Source: the human T2T-CHM13v2.0 reference genome, Homo sapiens
Assembly: GCF_009914755.1 (NCBI RefSeq)
Contig: NC_060933.1
Reading direction: 5' to 3' (one strand)
Length of the DNA stretch: 64,000 nt
The notes under the pieces are model-generated. The model did not search any database and had not been told where the DNA came from. It worked only from the letters and a program-made list of their open reading frames with translations. This document shows, piece after piece, positions 28,050 through 42,600 of the stretch; position 1 is the first letter of the stretch; every line of letters starts with the position of its first letter. A program made the translations under genes and the position numbers.

Positions 28050-31000
28050 TGGAATGGAATGAACCCGAGTACAGGGGAATGGAATGGAATGGAATGCAAT
28101 GGAATCAACCCGAGTGCAATGGAATGGAGTGGAATGGAATGGAATGGAATGGAACAACCCGAATGGAATGGAATGTAATGGAGAGTAAGGGAGTTGAAAA
28201 GAATCAATCCGAATGTAATGGAATGGAATGGAACGGAATGGAATGGAATGGAATGGATTGGAATGGAATGGAATGCAATGCAATGGAATCAACCCGAGTA
28301 AAATGGAATGGAATGGAATGGAATGGAATGGAATGGAATGGAATGGAATGGAATGGAATGGAATGCAATGGAATGGAATCTTCCGGAATGGAATGGAATG
28401 GAATGCAATGGATTCAAGTCGATTGCAATGGAATGGAATAGAATGGACTGGAATGGAATGGAATGGAATGGAATGGAATTAAACCGAATAGAATGGAATG
28501 GAATGGAATGGAACGGAACAGAACGGAACGGAACGGAGTGGAATCGAATGGAATGGAATTGTATGGAATGGAATGGAATGGTACGGAATAGAATGTAATG
28601 GAAAGAATTGGAATGGAATGGAATGGAATGGAATGGAATGGAATGGAATGGAATGGAATGGAATCAACCCGAGTGCAGGGGAATGTAATGGAACGGAATG
28701 CAATGGAATGGAATCATCCGGAATGGAATGGAATGGAATGGAATGGAAGGGAATGGAATGGAATCAACCCGAACGCAGTGGAATGGAGTGGAATGGAATG
28801 GAATGGAATGGAACAACCAGAATGGAATGGAATGTAATGGAGAGTAAGGGAGTTGAATAGAATCAATCCGAATGTAAGGGAATGGAACGGAATGGAATGG
28901 AATGGAAAGGAATGGAATGGAATGGAATGCAATGGAATGGAATCAACCCGAGTGCAATGGAACGGAATGGAATGGAATGTAATGAAATGTAATGTAATGG
29001 AATGGAATGGAATGGAATCAACCCGAGTGCAATGGAATGGAGAGGAATGGAATGGAATGGAATGGAAACTACCCGAATGGAATGGAGTGGAATGGAGTGT
29101 AAGGGAATTGAATAGAATCAATCCGAATGGAATGGAATGGAATGGAAAGGAATGTAATGTAATGGAATGGAATGGAATCAACCCGAGTGCAGGGGAATGG
29201 AATGGAATGGAATGCAATGGAATGGAGTCATCCGGAATGGAATGGAATGGAATGCAATGGAATGGAATGGAATGGAATCAACCCGAGTGCAATGGAATGG
29301 AGTGAAATGGAATGGAATGGAATAGAGACAACCAGAATGGATTGGAATATAATGGAGTGTAAGGGAATTGAATAGAATCAATCTGAATGTAATGAAAGGG
29401 AATGGAACGGAATGGAATGGAATGGAATGGAATGGAATGCAATGGAATGGAATCAAAACGAGTGCAATCGAATGGAATCGAATGGAATGGAACGCAATGG
29501 AATGGATTCAACTTGAATGGAATGGAAAGAATGGAATCAACACGAGTGGAATGGCATGGATTGGAATGGAATAGAATGGAATCAACCCGAGTATAAGGGA
29601 ATGGAATGGAATGGAATGCAATGGAATGGAATCATCCGTAATGGAATGGAAAGGAATGGAATGGAATGGAATGGAATGGAATGGAATGGAATGGAATGGA
29701 ATCAACACGATTGCAATCGAATGGAATGGAATGGAATTAACCCGAATAGAATGGAATGGAATGGAATGGAACGGAACGGAATGGAATGGAATGGAATGGA
29801 ATGGAATGGAATGCAACGGAAAGGAAGGGAATGGAATGGAATAGAATGGAATGGAATGGAATCAACGCGAGTGCAGGGGAATGGAATGGAATGGAATGCA
29901 ATGGAATGGAATCTTCCGGAATGGAATGGAATGGAATGGAATGGAATGGAATGGAATCAACCCGAGTGCAATGGAATGGAGTGGAATGGAATGGAATGGA
30001 ATGGAACAACCCGAATGGAATGGAATGTAATGGAGAGTAAGGGAGTTGAATAGAATCAATCAGAATGTAATGGAATGGAATGAAACGGAATGGAATTGAA
30101 TGGAATGGAATGGAATGCAATGGAATGGAATCAACCCGAGTGCAATGGAATGGAGAGGAATGGAATGCAATGGAATGGAAACTACCCAAATGGAATGGAA
30201 TGTAATGGAGTGTAAGGGAATTGAATAGAATCAATCCGAATGTAATGGAATGGTATGGAACGGAATGGAACGGAATGGAATGGAATGGAATGGAATGGAA
30301 TGGAATGGAATGGAATGCAATGGAATGGAATCAACCCGAGTGCAATCGAATGGAATCGAATGGAATGGAATGCAATGGAATGGATTCAACTTGAATGGAA
30401 TGGAAAGAATGGAATCAACACGAGTGGAATGGCATGGATTGGAATGGAATGGAATGGAATCAACCCGAGTACAGGGGAATGGAATGGAATGGAATGCAAT
30501 GGAATGGAATCATCCGTAAAGGAATGGAAAGGAATGGAATGGAATGGAATGGAATGGAATGGAATGGAATCAACTCGATTGCAATCGAATGGAATGGAAT
30601 GGAATTAACCCGTATAGAATGGAATGGTACGGAACGGAATGGAATGGAATGGAATGGAATGGAATTGAATGGAATGGAATGGAACGGAATCAACGCGACT
30701 GCAGGGGAATGGAATGGAATGGAATGCAATGGAATGGAATCTTCCGGAATGGAATGGAATGGAATGGAATGGAATGAAATGCAATGGATTCAACTCGATT
30801 GCAATGGAATGGAATAGAATGGATTGGAATGGAATGGAATGGAATTAATTCGAATAGAATGGAATGGAATGGAATGGAACGGAATGGAACGGAATGGAAT
30901 GGAATGGAATGGAATGGAATGGTACGGAATGCAATGGAATGGTACGGAATAGAATGGAATGGAAAGAATTGTAATGGAATGGAATTGAATGGAATGGAAT

Positions 31001-34000
31001 GGAATGGAATGGAATCAACGCGAGTGCAGGGGAATGTAATGGAACGGAATGCAATGGAATGGAATCATCCGGAATGGAATGGAATGGAATGGAATGGAAT
31101 GGAATGGAGTGGAATCAACCCGAGAGCAATGGAATGGAGTGGAATGGAATGGAATGGAATGGAACAACCCGAATGGAATGGAATGTAATGGAGAGTAAGG
31201 GAGTTGAAAAGAATCAATCCGAATGTAATGGAATGGAATGCAACGGAATGGAATGGAATGGAATGCAATGGAATTGAATCAACCCGAGTACAATGGAATG
31301 GAATGGAATGGAATGGAATGGAATGGAATGGAATGGATTGGAATGGAATGATACGGAATAGAATGGAATGGAACGAAATGGAATGGAATGGAATGGAATG
31401 GAATGGAATGGAATGAAATGGAATGGAATGGAATGGAATGAAATGGAATGGAATGGAATGGAATCGTTCCGCGTGGAATAGGAGGGAATGTATTCGAGTG
31501 GAATGGAAAGGAATGGTATCAACCAGAGTGGAATGGAAGGGAATGGAATGGAATGGAAACTAATAGAATGGAATCAACCCGAGTGCAATGGAATGGAAAG
31601 GACTGGAATGGAATGGAATGGAATGGAATCAACTCGATTGTAATGGAATGGAATGGCATGGAATGGAATGGAATTAACCCGAATACAATGGAATGGGATG
31701 GAATGGAACGGAATGGAGTGGAATGGAATGGAATCAACCCGAGTGCAGGAGAATGGAATGGAATGGAATGCAATGGAATGGAATCATCCGGAATGGAATG
31801 GAATGGAATGGAATGCAAAGCAATGGAATCAACTCGATTGCAATGGAATGGAATGGAATGGAAAGGAATACATTGGAATCAACCCGAGTGGAATGGAATG
31901 GAAAGGACTGGAATGGAGTGGAATGGAATGGAATGGAATGGAATGGAATCAACTCGATTGGAATGGAATGGAATGGAATGGAATGGAATGGAATTAACCC
32001 CAATAGAATGGAATGGAATGGAATGGAACGGAACGGAATGGAATGGAATGGAATGGAATGGAATGGAATAAACCCGAGTGCAATGGAATGGAGTGGAATG
32101 GAATGGAATGGAATGGAACAACCCGAATGGAATGGAATGTAATGGAGAGTAAGGGAGTTGAATAGAATCAATCCGAATGTAATGGAATGGAATGGAACGG
32201 AATGGAATTGAATGGAATGGAATGGAATGGAATCAACCCGAGTGCAATGGAATGGAGAGGAATGGAATGGAATGGAATGGAAACTACCCGAATGGAATGG
32301 AATGTAATGGAGTGTAAGGGAATTGAATAGAATCAATCCGAATGTAATGGAATGGAATGGAACGGAATGGAATGGAATGGAATGGAATGGAATGGAATGG
32401 AATGGAATGGAATGCAATGGAATGGAATCAACCCGAGTGCAATCGAATGGAATCGAATGGAATGGAATGCAATGGAATGGATTCAACTTGAATGGAATGG
32501 AAAGAATGGAATCAACACGAGTGGAATGGCATGGATTGGAATGGAATGGAATGGAATCAACCCGAGTACAGGGGAATGGAATGGAATGGAATGCAATGGA
32601 ATGGAATCATCCGTAATGGAATGGAAAGGAATGGAAAGGAATGGAATGGAATGGAATGGAATGGAATGGAATGGAATCAACTCGATTGCAATCGAATGGA
32701 ATGGAATGGAATTAACCCGAATAGAATGGAATGGAATGGAATGGAACGCAACGGAATGGAATGGAATGGAACGGAATGGAATGGAACGGAACGGAACGGA
32801 ATGGATGGAATGGAATGGAATGGAATGGAATGGAATCAACGCGAGTGCAGGGGAATGGAATGGAATGGAATGCAATGGAATGGAATCTTCCGGAATGGAA
32901 TGGAATGGAATGGAATGGAATGGAATGGAATGAAATGCAATGGATTCAACTCGATTGCAATGGAATGGAATAGAATGGAATGGAATGGAATGGAATGGAA
33001 TGGAATTAACCCGAATAGAATGGAATGGAATGGAATGGAACGGAATGGAACGGAATGCAATGGAATGGAATGGAATGGAATGGTATGGAATGGAATGGAA
33101 TGGTACGGAATAGAATGGAATGGAACGAATTGTAATGGAATGGAATTGAATGGAATGAAATGGAATGGAATGGAATGGAATGGAATCAACGCGAGTGCAG
33201 GGGAATGTAATGGAACGAAATGCAATGGAATGGAATCATGCGGAATGGAATGGAATGGAATGGAATGCAATGGAATGGAATCATCCGGAATGGAATGAAA
33301 TGGAATGGAATGGAATGGAATGGAATGGAATGGAATGGAATGGAATCAACCTGAGTGCAATGGAATGGAGTGGAATGGAATGGAATGGAATGGAACAACC
33401 CGAATGGAATGGAATGTAATGGAGAGTAAGGGAGTTGAATAGAATCAATCCGAATGTAATGGAATGGAATTCAATGGAATGGAAAGGAATGGAATGGAAT
33501 GGAATGGAATGGAATGGAATGGAATGGAATGCCTTCAAACCGAATGTAATGGAAAGGAATGGAATCAACACGAGTGGAATGGAATGGAATGGAATGGAAT
33601 CGAATGGAATGGAATGATATGGAATAGAATGGAATGGAACGAAATGGAATGGAACGAAATGGAATGGAATGGAATGGAATGGAATGGAATGGAATGGAAT
33701 GATACGGAATAGAATGGAATGGAACGAAATGGAGTGGAATGGAATGGAATGGAATGAAATGGAATGGAATGGAATCGTTCCTAGTGGAATAGGAGGGAAT
33801 GTATTCGAGTGGAATGGAAAGGAATGGTATCAACCAGAGTGGAATGGAAGGGAATGGAATGGAATGGAAACTAATAGAATGGAATCAACCCGAGTGGAAT
33901 GGAATGGAAAGGACTGGAATGGAATGGAATGGAATGGAATCAACTCGATTGTAATGGAATGGAATGGAATGGAATGGAATGGAATGGAATGGAATTAACC

Positions 34001-35370
34001 CGAATACAATGGAATGGAATGGAATGGAATGGAATGGAGTGGAATGGAATGGAATCAACCCGAGTGCAGGGTAATGGAATGGAATGGAATGCAATGGAAT
34101 GGAATCATCCGGAATGGAATGGAATGGAATGGAATGCAAAGCAATGGAATCAACTCGATTGCAATGGAATGGAATGGAATGGAAAGGAATACATTGGAAT
34201 CAACCCGAGTGGAATGGAATGGAAAGGACTGGAATGGAGTGGAATGGAATGGAATGGAATGGAATGGAAACAACTCGATTGGAATGGAATGGAATGGAAT
34301 GGAATGGAATTAACCCGAATAGAATGGAATTGAATGGAATGGAAAGGAACGGAATGGAATGGAATGGAATGGAATGGAATGGAATGGAATCAACCCGACT
34401 GCAGGGGAATGGAATGGAATGGAATGCAATGGAATGGATTCAACTTCAATGGAATGGAAAGAATGGAATCAACACGAGTGGAATGGCATGGATTGGAATG
34501 GAATGGAATGGAATTAACCCGAGTACAAGGGAATGGAATGGAATGGAATGCAATGGAATGGAATCATCCGTAATGGAATGGAAAGGAATGGAATGGAATG
34601 GAATGGAATGGAATAGAATGGAATGGAATCAACTCGATTGCAATCGAATGGAATGGAATGGAATTAACCCGAATAAAATGGAATGGAATCGAATGGAACG
34701 GAACGGAACGGAATGGAATGGATTGGAATGGAATGGAATGGAATGGAACGGAATGGAATGGAATGGAATGGAATGGAATGGAATGGAATGGAATCAACGC
34801 GAGTGCAGGGGAATGGAATGGAATGGAATGCAATGGAATGGAATCTTCCGGAATGGAATGGAATGGAATGGAATGGAATGGAATGGAATAAACCCGAGTA
34901 CAATGGAATGGAGTGGAATGGAATGGAATGGAATGGAACAACCCGAATGGAATGGAATGTAATGGAGAGTAAGGGAGTTGAATAGAATCAATCCGAATGT
35001 AATGGAATGGAATGGAACGGAATGGAATTGAATGGAATGGAATGGAATGCAATGGAATGGAATCAACCCGAGAGCAATGGAATGGAGAGGAATGGAATGG
35101 AATGGAATGGAAACTACCCGAATGGAATGGAATGTAATGGAGGGTAAGGGAATTGAATAGAATCAATCTGAATCTAATGGAATGGAATGGAACGGAATGG
35201 AATGGAATGGAATGGAATGGAATGGAATGGAATGGAATGCAATGGAATGGAATGAACCCGAGTGCAATCGAATGGAATCGAATGGAATGGAATGCAATGG
35301 AATGGATTCAACTTGAATGGAATGGAAAGAATGGAATCAACACGAGTGGAATGGCATGGATTGGAATGGA
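28050..35370 (+). repeat. ~7.3-kb higher-order unit, copy A1
   Basis: Markers occurring once per unit: CAAGTCGATT (28415, 35732, 46641, 53863), CAACCCGAACGCAGT, AGAGACAACCAG, GAGTATAAGGG, TAACCCGTAT, TAATTCGAAT, TAACCCCAAT, CATGCGG, CGTTCCTAGT (33776, 41013, 51932, 59219), GGAGGGTAAGG. Confidence 0.9.
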
Positions 35371-38300
35371 ATGGAATGGAATGAACCCGAGTACAGGGGA
35401 ATGGAATGGAATGGAATGCAATGGAATCAACCCGAGTGCAATGGAATGGAGTGGAATGGAATGGAATGGAATGGAACAACCCGAATGGAATGGAATGTAA
35501 TGGAGAGTAAGGGAGTTGAAAAGAATCAATCCGAATGTAATGGAATGGAATGGAACGGAATGGAATGGAATGGAATGGATTGGAATGGAATGGAATGCAA
35601 TGGAATGGAATCAACCCGAGTAAAATGGAATGGAATGGAATGGAATGGAATGGAATGGAATGGAATGGAATGGAATGGAATGCAATGGAATGGAATCTTC
35701 CGGAATGGAATGGAATGGAATGCAATGGATTCAAGTCGATTGCAATGGAATGGAATAGAATGGACTGGAATGGAATGGAATGGAATGGAATGGAATTAAA
35801 CCGAATAGAATGGAATGGAATGGAATGGAACGGAACAGAACGGAACGGAACGGAGTGGAATGGAATGGAATGGAATTGTATGGAATGGAATGGAATGGTA
35901 CGGAATAGAATGTAATGGAAAGAATTGGAATGGAATGGAATGGAATGGAATGGAATGGAATGGAATGGAATCAACCCGAGTGCAGGGGAATGTAATGGAA
36001 CGGAATGCAATGGAATGGAATCATCCGGAATGGAATGGAATGGAATGGAATGGAAGGGAATGGAATGGAATCAACCCGAACGCAGTGGAGTGGAGTGGAA
36101 TGGAATGGAATGGAATGGAACAACCAGAATGGAATGGAATGTAATGGAGAGTAAGGGAGTTGAATAGAATCAATCCGAATGTAAGGGAATGGAACGGAAT
36201 GGAATGGAATGGAAAGGAATGGAATGGAATGGAATGCAATGGAATGGAATCAACCCGAGTACAATGGAACGGAATGGAATGGAATGTAATGAAATGTAAT
36301 GTAATGGAATGGAATGGAATGGAATCAACCCGAGTGCAATGGAATGGAGAGGAATGGAATGGAATGGAATGGAAACTACCCGAATGGAATGGAATGGAAT
36401 GGAGTGTAAGGGAATTGAATAGAATCAATCCGAATGGAATGGAATGGAATGGAAAGGAATGTAATGTAATGGAATGGAATGGAATCAACCCGAGTGCAGG
36501 GGAATGGAATGGAATGGAATGCAATGGAATGGAGTCATCCGGAATGGAATGGAATGGAATGCAATGGAATGGAATGGAATGGAATCAACCCGAGTGCAAT
36601 GGAATGGAGTGAAATGGAATGGAATGGAATAGAGACAACCAGAATGGATTGGAATATAATGGAGTGTAAGGGAATTGAATAGAATCAATCTGAATGTAAT
36701 GAAAGGGAATGGAACGGAATGGAATGGAATGGAATGGAATGGAATGCAATGGAATGGAATCAAAACGAGTGCAATCGAATGGAATCGAATGGAATGGAAT
36801 GCAATGGAATGGATTCAACTTGAATGGAATGGAAAGAATGGAATCAACACGAGTGGAATGGCATGGATTGGAATGGAATAGAATGGAATCAACCCGAGTA
36901 TAAGGGAATGGAATGGAATGGAATGCAATGGAATGGAATCATCCGTAATGGAATGGAAAGGAATGGAATGGAATGGAATGGAATGGAATGGAATGGAATG
37001 GAATCAACACGATTGCAATCGAATGGAATGGAATGGAATTAACCCGAATAGAATGGAATGGAATGGAATGGAACGGAACGGAATGGAATGGAATGGAATG
37101 GAATGGAATGGAATGCAACGGAAAGGAAGGGAATGGAATGGAATAGAATGGAATGGAATGGAATCAACGCGAGTGCAGGGGAATGGAATGGAATGGAATG
37201 CAATGGAATGGAATCTTCCGGAATGGAATGGAATGGAATGGAATGGAATGGAATGGAATCAACCCGAGTGCAATGGAATGGAGTGGAATGGAATGGAATG
37301 GAATGGAACAACCCGAATGGAATGGAATGTAATGGAGAGTAAGGGAGTTGAATAGAATCAATCAGAATGTAATGGAATGGAATGAAACGGAATGGAATTG
37401 AATGGAATGGAATGGAATGCAATGGAATGGAATCAACCCGAGTGCAATGGAATGGAGAGGAATGGAATGCAATGGAATGGAAACTACCCAAATGGAATGG
37501 AATGTAATGGAGTGTAAGGGAATTGAATAGAATCAATCCGAATGTAATGGAATGGTATGGAACGGAATGGAACGGAATGGAAAGGAATGGAATGGAATGG
37601 AATGGAATGGAATGCAATGGAATGGAATCAACCCGAGTGCAATCGAATGGAATCGAATGGAATGGAATGCAATGGAATGGATTCAACTTGAATGGAATGG
37701 AAAGAAGGGAATCAACACGAGTGGAATGGCAAGGATTGGAATGGAATGGAATGGAATCAACCCGAGTACAGGGGAATGGAATGGAATGGAATGCAATGGA
37801 ATGGAATCATCCGTAAAGGAATGGAAAGGAATGGAATGGAATGGAATGGAATGGAATGGAATGGAATGGAATGGAATCAACTCGATTGCAATCGAATGGA
37901 ATGGAATGGAATTAACCCGTATAGAATGGAATGGTACGGAACGGAATGGAATGGAATGGAATGGAATGGAATTGAATGGAATGGAATGGAACGGAATCAA
38001 CGCGACTGCAGGGGAATGGAATGGAATGGAATGCAATGGAATGGAATCTTCCGGAATGGAATGGAATGGAATGGAATGGAATGAAATGCAATGGATTCAA
38101 CTCGATTGCAATGGAATGGAATAGAATGGATTGGAATGGAATGGAATGGAATTAATTCGAATAGAATGGAATGGAATGGAATGGAACGGAATGGAACGGA
38201 ATGGAATGGAATGGAATGGAATGGAATGGTATGGAATGCAATGGAATGGTACGGAATAGAATGGAATGGAAAGAATTGTAATGGAATGGAATTGAATGGA

Positions 38301-41300
38301 ATGGAATGGAATGGAATGGAATCAACGCGAGTGCAGGGGAATGTAATGGAACGGAATGCAATGGAATGGAATCATCCGGAATGGAATGGAATGGAATGGA
38401 ATGGAATGGAATGGAGTGGAATCAACCCGAGAGCAATGGAATGGAGTGGAATGGAATGGAATGGAATGGAACAACCCGAATGGAATGGAATGTAATGGAG
38501 AGTAAGGGAGTTGAATAGAATCAATCCGAATGTAATGGAATGGAATGCAACGGAATGGAATGGAATGGAATGCAATGGAATTGAATCAACCCGAGTACAA
38601 TGGAATGGAATGGAATGGAATGGAATGGAATGGAATGGATTGGAATGGAATGATACGGAATAGAATGGAATGGAACGAAATGGAATGGAATGGAATGGAA
38701 TGGAATGGAATGGAATGGAATGAAATGGAATGGAATGGAATGGAATGAAATGGAATGGAATGGAATGGAATCGTTCCGAGTGGAATAGGAGGGAATGTAT
38801 TCGAGTGGAATGGAAAGGAATGGTATCAACCAGAGTGGAATGGAAGGGAATGGAATGGAATGGAAACTAATAGAATGGAATCAACCCGAGTGGAATGGAA
38901 TGGAAAGGACTGGAATGGAATGGAATGGAATGGAATCAACTCGATTGTAATGGAATGGAATGGCATGGAATGGAATGGAATTAACCCGAATACAATGGAA
39001 TGGGATGGAATGGAACGGAAAGGAGTGGAATGGAATGGAATCAACCCGAGTGCAGGAGAATGGAATGGAATGGAATGCAATGGAATGGAATCATCCGGAA
39101 TGGAATGGAATGGAATGGAATGCAAAGCAATGGAATCAACTCGATTGCAATGGAATGGAATGGAATGGAAAGGAATACATTGGAATCAACCCGAGTGGAA
39201 TGGAATGGAAAGGACTGGAATGGAGTGGAATGGAATGGAATGGAATGGAATGGAATCAACTCGATTGGAATGGAATGGAATGGAATGGAATGGAATGGAA
39301 TTAACCCCAATAGAATGGAATGGAATGGAATGGAACGGAACGGAATGGAATGGAATGGAATGGAATGGAATGGAATAAACCCGAGTGCAATGGAATGGAG
39401 TGGAATGGAATGGAATGGAATGGAACAACCCGAATGGAATGGAATGTAATGGAGAGTAAGGGAGTTGAATAGAATCAATCCGAATGTAATGGAATGGAAT
39501 GGAACGGAATGGAATTGAATGGAATGGAATGGAATGGAATCAACCCGAGTGCAATGGAATGGAGAGGAATGGAATGGAATGGAATGGAAACTACCCGAAT
39601 GGAATGGAATGTAATGGAGTGTAAGGGAATTGAATAGAATCAATCCGAATGTAATGAAATGGAATGGAACGGAATGGAATGGAATGGAATGGAATGGAAT
39701 GGAATGGAATGGAATGGAATGCAATGGAATGGAATCAACCCGAGTGCAATCGAATGGAATCGAATGGAATGGAATGCAATGGAATGGATTCAACTTGAAT
39801 GGAATGGAAAGAATGGAATCAACACGAGTGGAATGGCATGGATTGGAATGGAATGGAATGGAATCAACCCGAGTACAGGGGAATGGAATGGAATGGAATG
39901 CAATGGAATGGAATCATCCGTAATGGAATGGAAAGGAATGGAATGGAATGGAATGGAATGGAATGGAATGGAATCAACTCGATTGCAATCGAATGGAATG
40001 GAATGGAATTAACCCGAATAGAATGGAATGGAATGGAATGGAACGCAACGGAATGGAATGGAATGGAACGGAATGGAATGGAACGGAACGGAACGGAACG
40101 GAATGGATGGAATGGAATGGAATGGAATGGAATGGAATCAACGCGAGTGCAGGGGAATGGAATGGAATGTAATGCAATGGAATGGAATCTTCCGGAATGG
40201 AATGGAATGGAATGGAATGGAATGGAATGGAATGAAATGCAATGGATTCAACTCGATTGCAATGGAATGGAATAGAATGGAATGGAATGGAATGGAATGG
40301 AATGGAATTAACCCGAATAGAATGGAATGGAATGGAATGGAACGGAATGGAACGGAATGCAATGGAATGGAATGGAATGGAATGGTATGGAATGGAATGG
40401 AATGGTACGGAATAGAATGGAATGGAACGAATTGTAATGGAATGGAATTGAATGGAATGAAATGGAATGGAATGGAATGGAATGGAATCAACGCGAGTGC
40501 AGGGGAATGTAATGGAACGAAATGCAATGGAATGGAATCATGCGGAATGGAATGGAATGGAATGGAATGGAATGGAATGGAATCAACCCGAGTGCAATGG
40601 AATGGAGTGGAATGGAATGGAATGGAATGGAACAACCCGAATGGAATGGAATGTAATGGAGAGTAAGGGAGTTGAATAGAATCAATCCGAATGTAATGGA
40701 ATGGAATTCAATGGAATGGAAAGGAATGGAATGGAATGGAATGGAATGGAATGGAATGGAATGGAATGCCTTCAAACCGAATGTAATGGAAAGGAATGGA
40801 ATCAACACGAGTGGAATGGAATGGAATGGAATGGAATCGAATGGAATGGAATGATATGGAATAGAATGGAATGGAACGAAATGGAATGGAACGAAATGGA
40901 ATGGAATGGAATGGAATGGAATGGAATGGAATGGAATGATACGGAATAGAATGGAATGGAACGAAATGGAGTGGAATGGAATGGAATGGAATGAAATGGA
41001 ATGGAATGGAATCGTTCCTAGTGGAATAGGAGGGAATGTATTCGAGTGGAATGGAAAGGAATGGTATCAACCAGAGTGGAATGGAAGGGAATGGAATGGA
41101 ATGGAAACTAATAGAATGGAATCAACCCGAGTGGAATGGAATGGAAAGGACTGGAATGGAATGGAATGAAATGGAATCAACTCGATTGTAATGGAATGGA
41201 ATGGAATGGAATGGAATGGAATGGAATGGAATGGAATTAACCCGAATACAATGGAATGGAATGGAATGGAATGGAATGGAGTGGAATGGAATGGAATCAA

Positions 41301-42600
41301 CCCGAGTGCAGGGTAATGGAATGGAATGGAATGCAATGGAATGGAATCATCCGGAATGGAATGGAATGGAATGGAATGCAAAGCAATGGAATCAACTCGA
41401 TTGCAATGGAATGGAATGGAATGGAAAGGAATACATTGCAATCAACCCGAGTGGAATGGAATGGAAAGGACTGGAATGGAGTGGAATGGAATGGAATGGA
41501 ATGGAATGGAAACAACTCGATTGGAATGGAATGGAATGGAATGGAATGGAATTAACCCGAATAGAATGGAATTGAATGGAATGGAAAGGAACGGAATGGA
41601 ATGGAATGGAATGGAATGGAATGGAATCAACCCGACTGCAGGGGAATGGAATGGAATGGAATGCAATGCAATGGATTCAACTTCAATGGAATGGAAAGAA
41701 TGGAATCAACACGAGTGGAATGGCATGGATTGGAATGGAATGGAATGGAATTAACCCGAGTACAAGGGAATGGAATGGAATGGAATGCAATGGAATGGAA
41801 TCATCCGTAATGGAATGGAAAGGAATGGAATGGAATGGAATGGAATGGAATAGAATGGAATGGAATCAACTCGATTGCAATCGAATGGAATGGAATGGAA
41901 TTAACCCGAATAAAATGGAATGGAATCGAATGGAACGGAACGGAACGGAATGGAATGGATTGGAATGGAATGGAATGGAATGGAACGGAATGGAATGGAA
42001 TGGAATGGAATGGAATGGAATGGAATCAACGCGAGTGCAGGGGAATGGAATGGAATGGAATGCAATGGAATAGAATCTTCCGGAATGGAATGGAATGGAA
42101 TGGAATGGAATGGAATGGAATAAACCCGAGTACAATGGAATGGAGTGGAATGGAATGGAATGGAATGGAACAACCCGAATGGAATGGAATGTAATGGAGA
42201 GTAAGGGAGTTGAATAGAATCAATCCGAATGTAATGGAATGGAATGGAACGGAATGGAATTGAATGGAATGGAATGGAATGCAATGGAATGGAATCAACC
42301 CGAGAGCAATGGAATGGAGAGGAATGGAATGGAATGGAATGGAAACTACCCGAATGGAATGGAATGTAATGGAGGGTAAGGGAATTGAATAGAATCAATC
42401 TGAATCTAATGGAATGGAATGGAACGGAATGGAATGGAATGGAATGGAATGGAATGGAATGCAATGGAATGGAATGAACCCGAGTGCAATCGAATGGAAT
42501 CGAATGGAATGGAATGCAATGGAATGGATTCAACTTGAATGGAATGGAAAGAATGGAATCAACACGAGTGGAATGGCATGGATTGGAATGGAATGGAATG
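35371..42600 (+). repeat. ~7.2-kb higher-order unit, copy A2
   Basis: Same ordered marker set at +7317 to +7237 from A1. Confidence 0.9.
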